A program made the position numbers and the translations under genes. Source: a virus (lineage: Duplodnaviria > Caudoviricetes). Taken from it: a stretch of 61,850 bases of DNA. This document shows, piece by piece, positions 34,613-44,368 of the stretch. The notes under the pieces are model-generated. The model was not told the DNA's origin, searched no databases, and was given only the letters and a program-made list of their open reading frames with translations. Numbering within the stretch: the stretch's first letter is position 1; every line of letters starts with the position of its first letter. Where the stretch lies: IMG/VR virus record IMGVR_UViG_3300032218_001507, positions 1-61,850 of that record, one strand, 5' to 3'.

Positions 34613-35062
34613 TTAAGCTCCGATAAGTAGCAGTGGACTAACCTGTTGTTCCTGTTGTTCTACAATTGCCCAAGACGCTTGAGTTCCATCGTTTGTAAGG
34701 TATTTTCCTTGATTACCTGTAAAAGATGGTAAAGCGTTTATGTCTGCCCAAATCGTTGCATAGTCAGAGCCAGAGTTTTTTATTAAAACTTGTCCTGTTG
34801 TTCCTCCAGGAGGCACAGCATCAAAAGCTGTACTTAAACCATATTCAATATTTGCTAATCGGTCTTTAAGCGTATTCCATATAGATATTGTTCGGTCAAA
34901 AGTTCCAACCCAACCAGAGCTAGTGCGGATATATGTTCCAATGTTTACTTCAAGAGCATTAACTTCATCTTGAAGGCTATTAACATGGTCAGCAAGAATC
35001 GTGTCTGTAAAGTCAACCTTGTTAACAAAGGTTTTGACTATCGTTGGGTAATATGCAGTCAC
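34613..35062 (-). CDS. Tail/baseplate-associated protein
   Basis: AxHVNxLQxEV, PPGGTTGQVLIK, GKYLTNDG fibre-type motifs. Confidence 0.65.
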   Translation of the reverse strand: MTAYYPTIVKTFVNKVDFTDTILADHVNSLQDEVNALEVNIGTYIRTSSGWVGTFDRTISIWNTLKDRLANIEYGLSTAFDAVPPGGTTGQVLIKNSGSDYATIWADINALPSFTGNQGKYLTNDGTQASWAIVEQQEQQVSPLLLIGA

Positions 35063-35128
35063 TGTTCTCTTTCCTTCAACTAGTAGGTTTATTTTCTCTA
35101 ATTTACCCCGTATTTACTGCCTTAACTA

Positions 35129-35632
35129 CTAGCCATTGGTTCCATGAGTGTGGTTTATTGAGGTTCGTGTGCCCAAAGTGCTGTGAAGAGTAGTTAATTG
35201 AGACTCTATGGAGGCAACACGAGTCTCATGGTCTTTTAGTTTTGTAGCCATAGCTACCAAAGTTGCGGTTACATCTACTACTGTAGTTCCATCCGCATCT
35301 TTTACAGTTATTAGATATGGCGTTAATCCAGTTAACACTACAGTGTTTTTTAATGGCAATATTTTAATTGGTTTAGAATTGCTTGGGGATTTTCCAAAAA
35401 CACCTAACCATGCTGGGTACTCTGGGTCTCCACCTATGTACAAAACCCAAACACCTTGTCCAATTTCTGGGATAGCGGTGTGCGTTCCAGTAACTTCTAC
35501 AGGCCAAATCCAATCAGTTACTTGGTCTCCAGTTGCTTGGGAGATTACACGTAAACGACGAAGATTACCTGGGTCTTTGTTATCTGAAACCGTTGCTCTA
35601 AAAAGACCATGTATTTTTTTAACATTATCCAT
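35129..35632 (-). CDS. Baseplate central spike (gp5/gpV OB-fold)
   Basis: DNKDP...RLRV...W..P...PEIGQGVWV...GGDPEYP.W.G; C-terminal HTH (HxH). Confidence 0.8.
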   Translation of the reverse strand: MDNVKKIHGLFRATVSDNKDPGNLRRLRVISQATGDQVTDWIWPVEVTGTHTAIPEIGQGVWVLYIGGDPEYPAWLGVFGKSPSNSKPIKILPLKNTVVLTGLTPYLITVKDADGTTVVDVTATLVAMATKLKDHETRVASIESQLTTLHSTLGTRTSINHTHGTNG

Positions 35633-37197
35633 TAAACAGAACCTACGCTGATGTTAGCTTCTTGAAATCTAAAAATTTCATTAGCCGCACCAACAAGAGT
35701 ATTTAAGCCACTATCGCCTTGACGGTGAAGAGCGGTTACTTTGGAAGTTTTAATTCCAGGAACTTGTTGTAAAGAATATTCAATATCTTGTGGATAAATT
35801 GTTTGACCAAAGTCATTGTTAGTATAACCAAAATCAGTAACAATAGTTGTTTTTAATGCAGTTTCTATTTCAGTAGTTGTGTATTGACTAAATTTTACAT
35901 ATTGAACGGTGATGATTGCGTCTACATAAGTTGGAGGCTGAATAGTAACCGATGTTCCAATCAAAGTTTTTTCTGATAAAGCATTAGCTGTGTTGGTTGA
36001 TATAGTTGTAAACTCAATTGTTGGGTTACCATTTTGAGTCATACCCGTTCCATCAAGGCCTGGGGCAATATCTGTGTCAGTAGCTACACGTGTAGGAGCA
36101 ATGTAAAGAGTAACAGATGTCCACACATCTGCTTTTGCTTTAGCTTTTCCTACACCGCTTACTTGACTTGCAAGGTTTGCAAAATCTTGCAAAGTAATAG
36201 CTCTGTTGTTGGAACGCAATGCAAGAGGTGCGGCATAACGAACTTGAGATAATGGTTCAGGGTCTGAACCACCCAATGCTGTTTCTTGATTAGACACAGT
36301 AATTACTGATTGAAGTGCAGTTAACTCATTAGGTGTTAAGCCAGGTACGTAATCAATGTTAACCAATGTTCCAGGCAATACATTGCTTATTTCTCCTCCA
36401 CCTATGGTGTATTGAGCACGAATTTGCGACCCATTAACAGGCATCTGTCCTGAGATTCCATCGCCAAAATAAATAGAAGCAATATTGTTAGCATCACTTT
36501 TTACAGTAAAGACTTGGTCGTATGGACCGTAATCTACGATGTGCTCTACTTGAGTCCATTTTGAATAGCTACTGCCTTCTTCAACGTAAACAACAACAGT
36601 TCCATCAACAACAGGTGTCTCTAAAAGTTCAAATGACATATTTGTTACTTGTGTTGAAGTACCCACCAGTTCTCCATAAACATTTGCATTAGTAGAAACA
36701 AGAGTTACAGAACGACCACTAAGAGCTTGAACGGTCACATCTCCGTTATTTAATCCTGGGTCACTTGTTGCATCAGCTAGGGTTGTAAAATAAACTTGTT
36801 CTACAACATCTCCAGTTATGACGTCTCCGTAAACAACTGTTCCTTGAGGAATTGTAATAACATCAGTTCCAGAATTAAAAAATGAAAGAGTGACCGAAGC
36901 TTGTCTGTATCCAGCAGCTACATAACCATATGTTTGTGCAATGTTCAACACACTGTCTCGTTGTGTTGCTGTTGTAATAAATGATTCATTGACATTTCTG
37001 TCAATGTAATACGACATGATGTCGCCAAGATAAGCAAAAGCCTCTACAAGAGCAACGCCAAAATCTGATGGGTCAGATGCAGTCCACGCAGGAATTCGGT
37101 CTTGAATACGTGCAATTAGCTGTTCACGGAGAGCGTAGTAGTCACGTCCCGTATAGCTAATAGCAATAGGAATATCAGATGCTGGGGTTACGCTCAC
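35632..37197 (-). CDS. Baseplate wedge protein (gp6/J-like)
   Basis: YTGRDY..LR, SDFGVALVEAFAY.GD...YY.D...NE.F..TA, GG.D.E...RAIT..DF. Confidence 0.9.
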   Translation of the reverse strand: MSVTPASDIPIAISYTGRDYYALREQLIARIQDRIPAWTASDPSDFGVALVEAFAYLGDIMSYYIDRNVNESFITTATQRDSVLNIAQTYGYVAAGYRQASVTLSFFNSGTDVITIPQGTVVYGDVITGDVVEQVYFTTLADATSDPGLNNGDVTVQALSGRSVTLVSTNANVYGELVGTSTQVTNMSFELLETPVVDGTVVVYVEEGSSYSKWTQVEHIVDYGPYDQVFTVKSDANNIASIYFGDGISGQMPVNGSQIRAQYTIGGGEISNVLPGTLVNIDYVPGLTPNELTALQSVITVSNQETALGGSDPEPLSQVRYAAPLALRSNNRAITLQDFANLASQVSGVGKAKAKADVWTSVTLYIAPTRVATDTDIAPGLDGTGMTQNGNPTIEFTTISTNTANALSEKTLIGTSVTIQPPTYVDAIITVQYVKFSQYTTTEIETALKTTIVTDFGYTNNDFGQTIYPQDIEYSLQQVPGIKTSKVTALHRQGDSGLNTLVGAANEIFRFQEANISVGSV

Positions 37198-37595
37198 AGG
37201 TTCTCCTCATAAATTGGTTGGTTGTTGTCAATATAAACAAAGGAAACGGTAGTATCAATTTGGTCATTGTTTGGCAAGCTATACAGAACCGTAACTTCCA
37301 TTACTCCCGTAGGTTCATCAAATGTCGTATCTACAGTTTGAAGAGTTAAAGGTTGTAACTGAGAAGAAAAAGCTCTACCTACCTCAGTAATAACCATTGA
37401 TGAAGCCATGTCTTGAGTCTCCATAAAAGAACTAGGTACAAGACACCCAAATTCAGGGCGCATTAATCTTTCACGTAGGTTTGTACCTATAACAGAACGA
37501 ACTCTATCTGACCATATCTTTTTTTGGTCAGTTGATGTTGTTACTTTGCCAAAAACATCAAAAGAAAATGGGATAGATATTGCTACTTCTTGCAT
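37194..37595 (-). CDS. Baseplate gp25/GPW-like protein
   Basis: TxxxERLMRPEFG motif. Confidence 0.85.
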   Translation of the reverse strand: MQEVAISIPFSFDVFGKVTTSTDQKKIWSDRVRSVIGTNLRERLMRPEFGCLVPSSFMETQDMASSMVITEVGRAFSSQLQPLTLQTVDTTFDEPTGVMEVTVLYSLPNNDQIDTTVSFVYIDNNQPIYEENL

Positions 37596-38848
37596 TATCT
37601 TCCTGCCCATCGTCTAGGGGTTATTTTAAATCCAGCTTGTGTTTGGTTATACAGAGGTTCTACAGAGTGTAGTTTAGCGGAGGTCGGTGTTGGTTGGGTT
37701 CCCGTAGCTAATTCGTATTCTATGTTTCTAGTCGGAACTACGGCAGCTTTTGCAGGTCTAAAAGCAGAAGGTTTGTTTCCTCCAGTGCCATCAGAAACGC
37801 ATTTAAAATCTACTGTATACCGACCATCAAATGCCATAAAGTGTTCAGCGCGAGTAACTATCCAAAATCCATCAGAAGTATCTCCCGTACCATTTATCTC
37901 AATGGTTCTGTAGGGTGCAATGCGTGCGTCGCCTTGTGCAGAGCCCTCAGCAGGTAGAGACCAACGAGCTAACTGTGCTTGCGCCTCTGACATTGCCTTG
38001 CTTTCAGCAACGCTACCTGTAATACGGGTGGGTACATATTCTTTAAAAAGAGAAGCTTTAACGTTAGCACGGAGATTTGCCCCAACTTTGTTTGGAGATG
38101 AAGTTGAAGAATAAGTTTTAGCTGTTAAAGGGTCAACACCAAATACAGTTTTATCTTTTCTAGAATGACCACCAATTTCTACAAGGTCACCTACAAGAGG
38201 CTTAAACCTATCTAAAGTTTGTGCTTCGTAAACATACCCTGAATCAATGTCTCCATCTTGATATGACAAAATGGGTATTGACGAGACAAAACTATCAATC
38301 ATTTTATCCATAGGATGAAAGTGCAGTTCTACTCCTACAACTTGAGCCACATACCCTATGCGATGTGCAAGTTCTTGAATTTTTTCCCAATACGTATGTC
38401 CAATTAAAGACTGTTGAGCAAATCTAACTGGGCTTGGAGTAATTACAGGTTTTAATTTAGCGCTCTTTGCTAATTCAGTAACAATTTCACTAGCAGTTTT
38501 ATTACGCCAAATTTTAGCTCCACCTTCTTTAAGTACAAAAGAAGAACCAACGCATTTGATAGTTATTAAACGAACAGCACTAGCTTGAGTAGTCATGCTT
38601 GAAGAGTGGACATACCCAATAAAGTTCCCTTTGCCTTTTTCATTTACCCAGGTAACTTGTACAGGAACGCCAGTTTTTAAAGCCTTGTAATAAAAGTCGC
38701 TAAAAGCTGGAAAGTTAATTTCGGCAATGTCGTGTTTCCCGGTTTCTTGTATTAACGTAAAATTTCTAGGTTGTATAGAGAACATTGGAAAGTCAGGAAA
38801 ATCAACTGCTAATCTTGTCCCATAACGATTTTGATTAGCATTACTCAT
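37595..38848 (-). CDS. Baseplate hub (gp27/GpD-like)
   Basis: W.NKTASEIV..LA, Q...T.W..I..LA..IGY, GDA.I.P...I.I.G....DG.W.V....H. Confidence 0.8.
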   Translation of the reverse strand: MSNANQNRYGTRLAVDFPDFPMFSIQPRNFTLIQETGKHDIAEINFPAFSDFYYKALKTGVPVQVTWVNEKGKGNFIGYVHSSSMTTQASAVRLITIKCVGSSFVLKEGGAKIWRNKTASEIVTELAKSAKLKPVITPSPVRFAQQSLIGHTYWEKIQELAHRIGYVAQVVGVELHFHPMDKMIDSFVSSIPILSYQDGDIDSGYVYEAQTLDRFKPLVGDLVEIGGHSRKDKTVFGVDPLTAKTYSSTSSPNKVGANLRANVKASLFKEYVPTRITGSVAESKAMSEAQAQLARWSLPAEGSAQGDARIAPYRTIEINGTGDTSDGFWIVTRAEHFMAFDGRYTVDFKCVSDGTGGNKPSAFRPAKAAVVPTRNIEYELATGTQPTPTSAKLHSVEPLYNQTQAGFKITPRRWAGR

Positions 38849-39119
38849 TAGGTATTCTCAACAATGTTCCAGGAGGAATTTCAAACGGATTTAAAATTTC
38901 TGGATTTATATCCATAATTTGCCACCAAAGTTCTGGGTTTCCCAAAAACTTTACAGCAATATTTTCAATGCGGTCTATCTCGGTAACTTCATACAAAGAA
39001 AAAGTAACTGAGTAAACAGGAAAAGTTCTAAAAACAGTTACAATGTTATTGTTTGAACGGGTGTCTTTTGCTTTAAACAAAGCACCATCGGCATACCTAC
39101 TGTCTAAATAAATAGTCAT
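38841..39119 (-). CDS. LysM/gpX-like baseplate protein
   Basis: DRIENIA.KFLGNP.LWW.I.D.NP.I..P..I.PGT.LRIP. Confidence 0.85.
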   Translation of the reverse strand: MTIYLDSRYADGALFKAKDTRSNNNIVTVFRTFPVYSVTFSLYEVTEIDRIENIAVKFLGNPELWWQIMDINPEILNPFEIPPGTLLRIPNE

Positions 39120-40417
39120 TTTTTACCTGCCGAAAAATCTACTGAATCCCAGTAACGTGCACAAGTAAATGTAACAGTTGAAAGAATAGGAACCATTCTA
39201 GGATTAAACACTGTGTGGTTTACTGTTAAGTTTTGAATGCGAACTCGGTAACGAAGTTTGTTTCCAAGGTGCAGCTCCACAGGACGAACCGGAAGCCAAC
39301 CTGGGTCTGAGGTTACGCTATTCATAAGAAGACTTTTGTATCCAGTGTTGCCAGTTAATGCATGCATTGTTTTGAACAAGTACTCAATGTCATACATTGT
39401 TCCTTTTTCAAAGATTTGAATTAACTCAGAGTTAGGAACGCTCTTTGGGTAAGGGTTTGTAGAACCAGTAGTTCCTTGAACTTTTTTTAATCCAGTTTGG
39501 TCTAAGTAATTGAAGTCTTCAATGCGATTAATGATAATTGAAAATTCTAGATAACTTTGAATAAGGTTTTGCGTTCCAGGAACAAAAGGGTCAACACCCA
39601 TGCTTTCATATGTAGGGTCAGTTTTCTGTACCGCACCCCAGTTCATTGATACGGACCCTGGGTTGTATAAAAATTTAAACCCATAAAGATTTGTGTCAAC
39701 CTTGTTTCCATACCGTAGTGCGTCTTTAGTAGCTTGTGCAACTGCTGCAGCTGTTACGGTTTGTTTATCAACTTGGAATGCTCCACGACCCGTTATTGGT
39801 GTGCCATTAGTTCCTATAGACCATGTATTTTTTGCGTCTGTATACGGTCCTGCATTTACATAATTGCCATGTAATATTTCAGATTGAATTCCTCTAAAGT
39901 ATGTTTGAGAAACCATGGGAGCGTTAAAATGAATTGTAGAAGTATCCGGTGTTGATTGATGAACTACAGTAGTTGAGTTGCCTTTAGGTAAAACAGTAGC
40001 TGGTGGTTTTACTGGGTGTTGAATATTTTTTATTTGTTGCAATACTGTTTTTGATGTTGCATCGTTTTTAGCAAGGCGAGTTTTATAACCATCAATAAGT
40101 TTTTGTTGAAAGTTAAGGTCACGAATAATAGTTTTATACTGTGACGAAGTGTAGTTTGGATGGCCCGGTGTGCCATAATCAATAGCGGCTTGTACTGCTT
40201 GTTTTTGAAGTATTGCAACTTGAAATTGTGGGTCAGACATAGCTTGAAGAATTGATTTATTGTCTGCTTTAATAGCGTTAAGTTGCCTATTTAATGCCCC
40301 AACTTGAGCTTTTACTTTGTCTTTTGCTTTTTGAGCAGCACTCTTGACCTCAGCATCTTTTTGTCGTTGCTCGTATTGTTTTACTTGTGCTTCAATGGTT
40401 TGTTGTGTATTAGCCAT
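39116..40417 (-). CDS. Tail tube initiator/baseplate protein
   Basis: N-terminal coiled coil; GFKFLYNP, GT.YD.EYL, V.H..F...MVP; position after tape measure. Confidence 0.6.
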   Translation of the reverse strand: MANTQQTIEAQVKQYEQRQKDAEVKSAAQKAKDKVKAQVGALNRQLNAIKADNKSILQAMSDPQFQVAILQKQAVQAAIDYGTPGHPNYTSSQYKTIIRDLNFQQKLIDGYKTRLAKNDATSKTVLQQIKNIQHPVKPPATVLPKGNSTTVVHQSTPDTSTIHFNAPMVSQTYFRGIQSEILHGNYVNAGPYTDAKNTWSIGTNGTPITGRGAFQVDKQTVTAAAVAQATKDALRYGNKVDTNLYGFKFLYNPGSVSMNWGAVQKTDPTYESMGVDPFVPGTQNLIQSYLEFSIIINRIEDFNYLDQTGLKKVQGTTGSTNPYPKSVPNSELIQIFEKGTMYDIEYLFKTMHALTGNTGYKSLLMNSVTSDPGWLPVRPVELHLGNKLRYRVRIQNLTVNHTVFNPRMVPILSTVTFTCARYWDSVDFSAGKK

Positions 40418-42768
40418 TAGGAGCTTCCAATCAAGTGGTTGTTGTTTTTGTTATCAAGAATGCTTTGTACTTTTTTAGCAAATGTTATTGCGCTTGCTTC
40501 ATTTGCTTGGTCAATTTTAACTGTGATATAAACATTTTTTGAATTAGAAGTTCCTTGGTTTACTGTTGCAGCTCCAAGAACCGTGTCATTGGCAACAGGG
40601 CTGTGAACACTTGCTCCATAGCCGGGAGTTCCGCCACCAATTCCAAGTTTTCTAGAAGTATTTACCCAAGCATCGCTCCACTTAGTTCCGCCTTTAGATA
40701 TGTCGTAGGCAATTTTTGCATTGATAGCTGGGTCATACAAACTTTCTGGACCTGTGTAACCAATGTCTTTATATTGTTTTAAATATTGAGCGTTTCTTGC
40801 GGTACCGAGACTTCCAATCATATTGATTTGGAATAGGCCCATAGAATAATCGCCGCTACTAGCGTTGGGGTTTAAAGCACCTGGACGTCCACCAGACTCT
40901 GCCTTTGCTACGTTGTACGCATTAGTTAAAGCGTCACCAGTAAACCCTGCTTTTTGAAGCACCGCCATTAACTTTGCATCTGTTGCAGCAAGGTTACTTC
41001 CTGCAGGTGCTCCACCAATTTTTAAAGACGCGCCAGAAGTTTTAGCATTTTTAGAACCTTTATTAGACATAGTTATTGCCATGCCCAAAGGTGAGCCACC
41101 CATAGCACCAAGTTCTGCTGGGTTTACTGGGTTGTTTTTTCCTTTTCGGACTTCGTAGTGCAAACCTGGTCCAGTAGTATTTCCTGACTGACCTACTTTT
41201 CCAATTTCTTGTCCAGCACTAACTTGACTTCCTGGGCTTACTTCTTTGTTTTTTAAATGTGCGTACAAAGTTGAGTAGCCATTTGGATGGTCAATTAACA
41301 CAGCATTACCGTAGTCACTGCTGATTGAATCTCCAGAAACAATTCCAGGCATTGTTGCATGTACAGGCGTACCTAGTGGAGCTGCGTAGTCAACTCCTTT
41401 ATGTTGATTTCCTGTTGATGCCCAAATACCTGATTGGTCTACTGCCCCATACCCCGCTGTTTGTAAACCTGTTACGGGTGAGTTAGGGGTACCTCCGCCA
41501 CGTGCTCCTTTACGAGTAAAGGAACCACCATAACCTGGGTTACCTCCACCAAGCATAAGTGCTCCAAGAGCAACAGCTCCAGCAACCTTTAACGCTCCAC
41601 CAAGAAAGTTTTTAATTCCACTAACAGCAGAGTGAGCTCCGGCTTTAATTCCTTTACCAGCATTAGTTCCGCTCATTCCATCCAAGTAGCCTTTAAATAA
41701 AGCCATGGAAGAAATAACATCTTTCATATTGTTATTAAAAATTTCAACAGTTGTTGCTGCAGCATTAAGCCCCTTAATAGTGTTTTTTTCAGAAGCTTGT
41801 TGAATCATTGTTTGAGAAGTGTTCATACGCAATGCTGCTGATGCTGGGTTTTCATTTGCGGTTTTACTTGCTAAATCAGGATTTTTACCACTAACTGTGT
41901 CAACCATTGCTTGTCTAACAAGTTTTTGTTGGTCTGCAGAAAGTCCTAGTCCTTCAAGAATTGGACCAAGGTTTCCTTTAAGAAAGGATGTATTGATTGT
42001 TTCTGCTGTAACTTTTTTACCAGTTACTAAACTTACTCCTTTAGCATCTGTTGGCATAAAGGTTTTCATTATTTGTTTAGAGATGTCACCAGTACTCTTA
42101 AAACTTCCATCAGCATTCATAGTGGTGATGCCATACTGATATGCATTAGCTGCAAAAGCTCCGGATTGCATTCCAGCAATTGCTGCAGATGCTTGTTGGT
42201 TACCCATGTTTAAGTAACGAGCCGCTCCTCCTACTTGAGCTGCAGCTCCAAGATAGTTAGCTGTGCCTGCTGTGTAGCCACTGCCAGCAAGGATAGATGC
42301 AACTTGAGCATCTGAACCAACCCCAGTCAAACCACCTCTTAAAGCAGAAAAAGTTGCTTTAGCAATTGTTGTTCTATTGCCGGTACCAGACATAAGAGCT
42401 GCGTTGTTATACGTGCTTGCTCTGTTAACAATGCCACTGCTATCCATGGTTGCGCCATACGCCATTGCAACAGGTGCCATAGCCAACTGTGCTGCGCCTT
42501 GAATCATGTTTCCAGCGCCTTGAACAGCCATAGAAGCTACTGCTATTTGAGGAGTTGAGAAACTTGCAAGAGAACCGCCCATGACATTACCTTGTTGTCC
42601 AAAGCCAATACCACGAGCTCCACCGCCCATGAGCATGCCTTTAACACCGCCAAGGCTTTGGGTGGTTACTCCAGCAAGGGATTTAACATTGCCAAGAAGT
42701 TCTTTTACTTGCTTATTAAGGTCGCCAATGCCAGAGGACATCGCTTTGATGTTTGTTACAACACTCAT
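40417..42768 (-). CDS. Tape measure protein with M23 peptidase and lysozyme-like domains
   Basis: Long Ala/Gly helical region; HKGVD...YAHL...GPGLHYE; AESGG...GDYSMGLFQINM...W..W. Confidence 0.88.
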   Translation of the reverse strand: MSVVTNIKAMSSGIGDLNKQVKELLGNVKSLAGVTTQSLGGVKGMLMGGGARGIGFGQQGNVMGGSLASFSTPQIAVASMAVQGAGNMIQGAAQLAMAPVAMAYGATMDSSGIVNRASTYNNAALMSGTGNRTTIAKATFSALRGGLTGVGSDAQVASILAGSGYTAGTANYLGAAAQVGGAARYLNMGNQQASAAIAGMQSGAFAANAYQYGITTMNADGSFKSTGDISKQIMKTFMPTDAKGVSLVTGKKVTAETINTSFLKGNLGPILEGLGLSADQQKLVRQAMVDTVSGKNPDLASKTANENPASAALRMNTSQTMIQQASEKNTIKGLNAAATTVEIFNNNMKDVISSMALFKGYLDGMSGTNAGKGIKAGAHSAVSGIKNFLGGALKVAGAVALGALMLGGGNPGYGGSFTRKGARGGGTPNSPVTGLQTAGYGAVDQSGIWASTGNQHKGVDYAAPLGTPVHATMPGIVSGDSISSDYGNAVLIDHPNGYSTLYAHLKNKEVSPGSQVSAGQEIGKVGQSGNTTGPGLHYEVRKGKNNPVNPAELGAMGGSPLGMAITMSNKGSKNAKTSGASLKIGGAPAGSNLAATDAKLMAVLQKAGFTGDALTNAYNVAKAESGGRPGALNPNASSGDYSMGLFQINMIGSLGTARNAQYLKQYKDIGYTGPESLYDPAINAKIAYDISKGGTKWSDAWVNTSRKLGIGGGTPGYGASVHSPVANDTVLGAATVNQGTSNSKNVYITVKIDQANEASAITFAKKVQSILDNKNNNHLIGSS

Positions 42769-42784
42769 GCTATTCCTCTCTGAC

Positions 42785-42922
42785 TTACCTTATCTCTAAC
42801 CAATTATGTCTTTCTCTGTACGAAAGGTTCTGTATCTCTGTTAAGTTCCAGCCTGTGTACGTTTCTGCTAAGCCTCGCCATTCTGCAAGTAACTGCACAA
42901 ATGGGCTAATACTAGAAACGAA
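42785..42922 (-). CDS. +1-frame extension of the tail assembly chaperone (G-T-like)
   Basis: Open frame FVSSISPFVQLLAEWRGLAETYTGWNLTEIQNLSYRERHNWLEIR* overlapping the chaperone end; GWxLxEIxxLxxxERxxWL pattern. Confidence 0.6.
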   Translation of the reverse strand, partial: FVSSISPFVQLLAEWRGLAETYTGWNLTEIQNLSYRERHNWLEIR

Positions 42923-43718
42923 ACATAGCGCCTAAATTAATAGGGACACGTACCTCGCCTTCACACTCAGGGCAAGTAACGCTTAGGTCATCAAATTGTG
43001 GCCCAACAAAACGTTTATTGATTTCTTCAATAACCTTTTTGCGGTCCAATACACCTAAGTTCTGGACTTGTTGTTTGCTAACTACTGGAGCATTACCAAT
43101 CTTAATAATTGTATTTTCCAATAGGATTGTATTTAATTCTGAGATTGTTTTATCTGCGTTATTGATAAGTTCTTTTTGAGCTCGTCCTGTAGGAAGTTGA
43201 ACTGTATATTCTTGGTTCTTTCCTTCTACTGTAAAGACTCTTTCATTATGGTCAAGCATTACCTTGACTTTAATATCTTCATCTAAATCAACATCTACCT
43301 CTTTAACTTCATCGCAAGTAGCGCAATAAGAAGGAAGCGTAGAGATATTTCCAAATGTAACTTTAAGGATTGCTAATAGGAGAGCATCTCTGTCTCCAGA
43401 TAAAAGCTGGTCTAACAAGGCTTCATCTGCAGGTAGGTCGCCAATCTTTACTGTTCCACGATTGAGAATAGTGATAAGCGCTTTTCCTGTAGATGATGCA
43501 CGAGAGATAGCTTCTTCGTCTTTGCCTGTGAGCTCACGAACCTCTGCGGTTGTGATGAGCTCCCCGGCAGGCGTTAGGTACCCGCCAGGGAGTGTCACAT
43601 GTGTGTCCAAAGGAGGTAGGACTTTTACTTCTTTTTCTTCTGGCTTTTCAACTGTAGCTTGTTCTAATAGTTTGTTTGCCAATGCGGGATTGACCGCTGC
43701 ACTAATTGTTTTCGTCAT
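42912..43718 (-). CDS. Tail assembly chaperone / baseplate hub assembly protein (T4 gp26-like)
   Basis: VRELTGxDEE, L.SGDRD.LL..I...TFG, CxxC twice, LPTG; between tube and tape measure. Confidence 0.8.
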   Translation of the reverse strand: MTKTISAAVNPALANKLLEQATVEKPEEKEVKVLPPLDTHVTLPGGYLTPAGELITTAEVRELTGKDEEAISRASSTGKALITILNRGTVKIGDLPADEALLDQLLSGDRDALLLAILKVTFGNISTLPSYCATCDEVKEVDVDLDEDIKVKVMLDHNERVFTVEGKNQEYTVQLPTGRAQKELINNADKTISELNTILLENTIIKIGNAPVVSKQQVQNLGVLDRKKVIEEINKRFVGPQFDDLSVTCPECEGEVRVPINLGAMFRF

Positions 43719-43732
43719 GTTAGTCCTTTAGA

Positions 43733-44347
43733 TTATGCTGATGGGTAAGTTGATGATGCTGAAGTTGAAAGGTCTGTTGCCCAGTTGATATCAAAGCCTT
43801 CGTGTACGAGTGTCATTTGCTCAACGTAAAGAGCGTTGTCACCAGCATTGAGGTCTGAGTATGCAACTGTTGTAGGCCAAGCATTGAACACCTTAAAGCG
43901 CATTGCAACGTGGTCTGTAGACGTTGTTGCAGTGTCGTTTTGGTTAGGTGAACCTGGGATTGGGTGTGAAAGAACTGCAATCTCTATATCGCAACGGAAG
44001 TTTTGGTCAACCGCACGAGTAGAGCCTGTTGCGTTCACTGTAGCAAATAAGTTCTTCATCCAGTCCCAATTCTGACGTGTGCCCAGAATGACGCCACGTT
44101 GAAGTGTGAGAGGTGTAAAAGAAGTTTGTCCAGGAATCTGGTGAACAGTGGTGTTGTATCCACCTTCACGGTAAGGAATAGAGTCTGTTGTAACAGCCAA
44201 TCCTGATACCGAAGTGAATCCAAGTGTCACATTGTTCAGACCCTTGAGAGCAGTGTTGTTGCTATCTTGTGGTTGAAACGTAACTAAAAATCTAAAGTTA
44301 CGTAATGGGTCGGTCAACAGTGTTGAACGGTTATTGATTGTTGCCAT
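43733..44347 (-). CDS. Tail tube protein (T4 gp19-like)
   Basis: DPLRNFRFLV, GF.SVSGL, YREGG, PG.T.F..LTLQRG, NAWP, E...LVHEG. Confidence 0.93.
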   Translation of the reverse strand: MATINNRSTLLTDPLRNFRFLVTFQPQDSNNTALKGLNNVTLGFTSVSGLAVTTDSIPYREGGYNTTVHQIPGQTSFTPLTLQRGVILGTRQNWDWMKNLFATVNATGSTRAVDQNFRCDIEIAVLSHPIPGSPNQNDTATTSTDHVAMRFKVFNAWPTTVAYSDLNAGDNALYVEQMTLVHEGFDINWATDLSTSASSTYPSA

Positions 44348-44368
44348 TGTTTTCTATCTCCTTCGGTC

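Noticed and set aside
15647-43732. Repeated aaggactaaca before spoVS, the Cas4-like gene and the tail chaperone
   Set aside because: Best explained as an ordinary SD plus spacer rather than an operator
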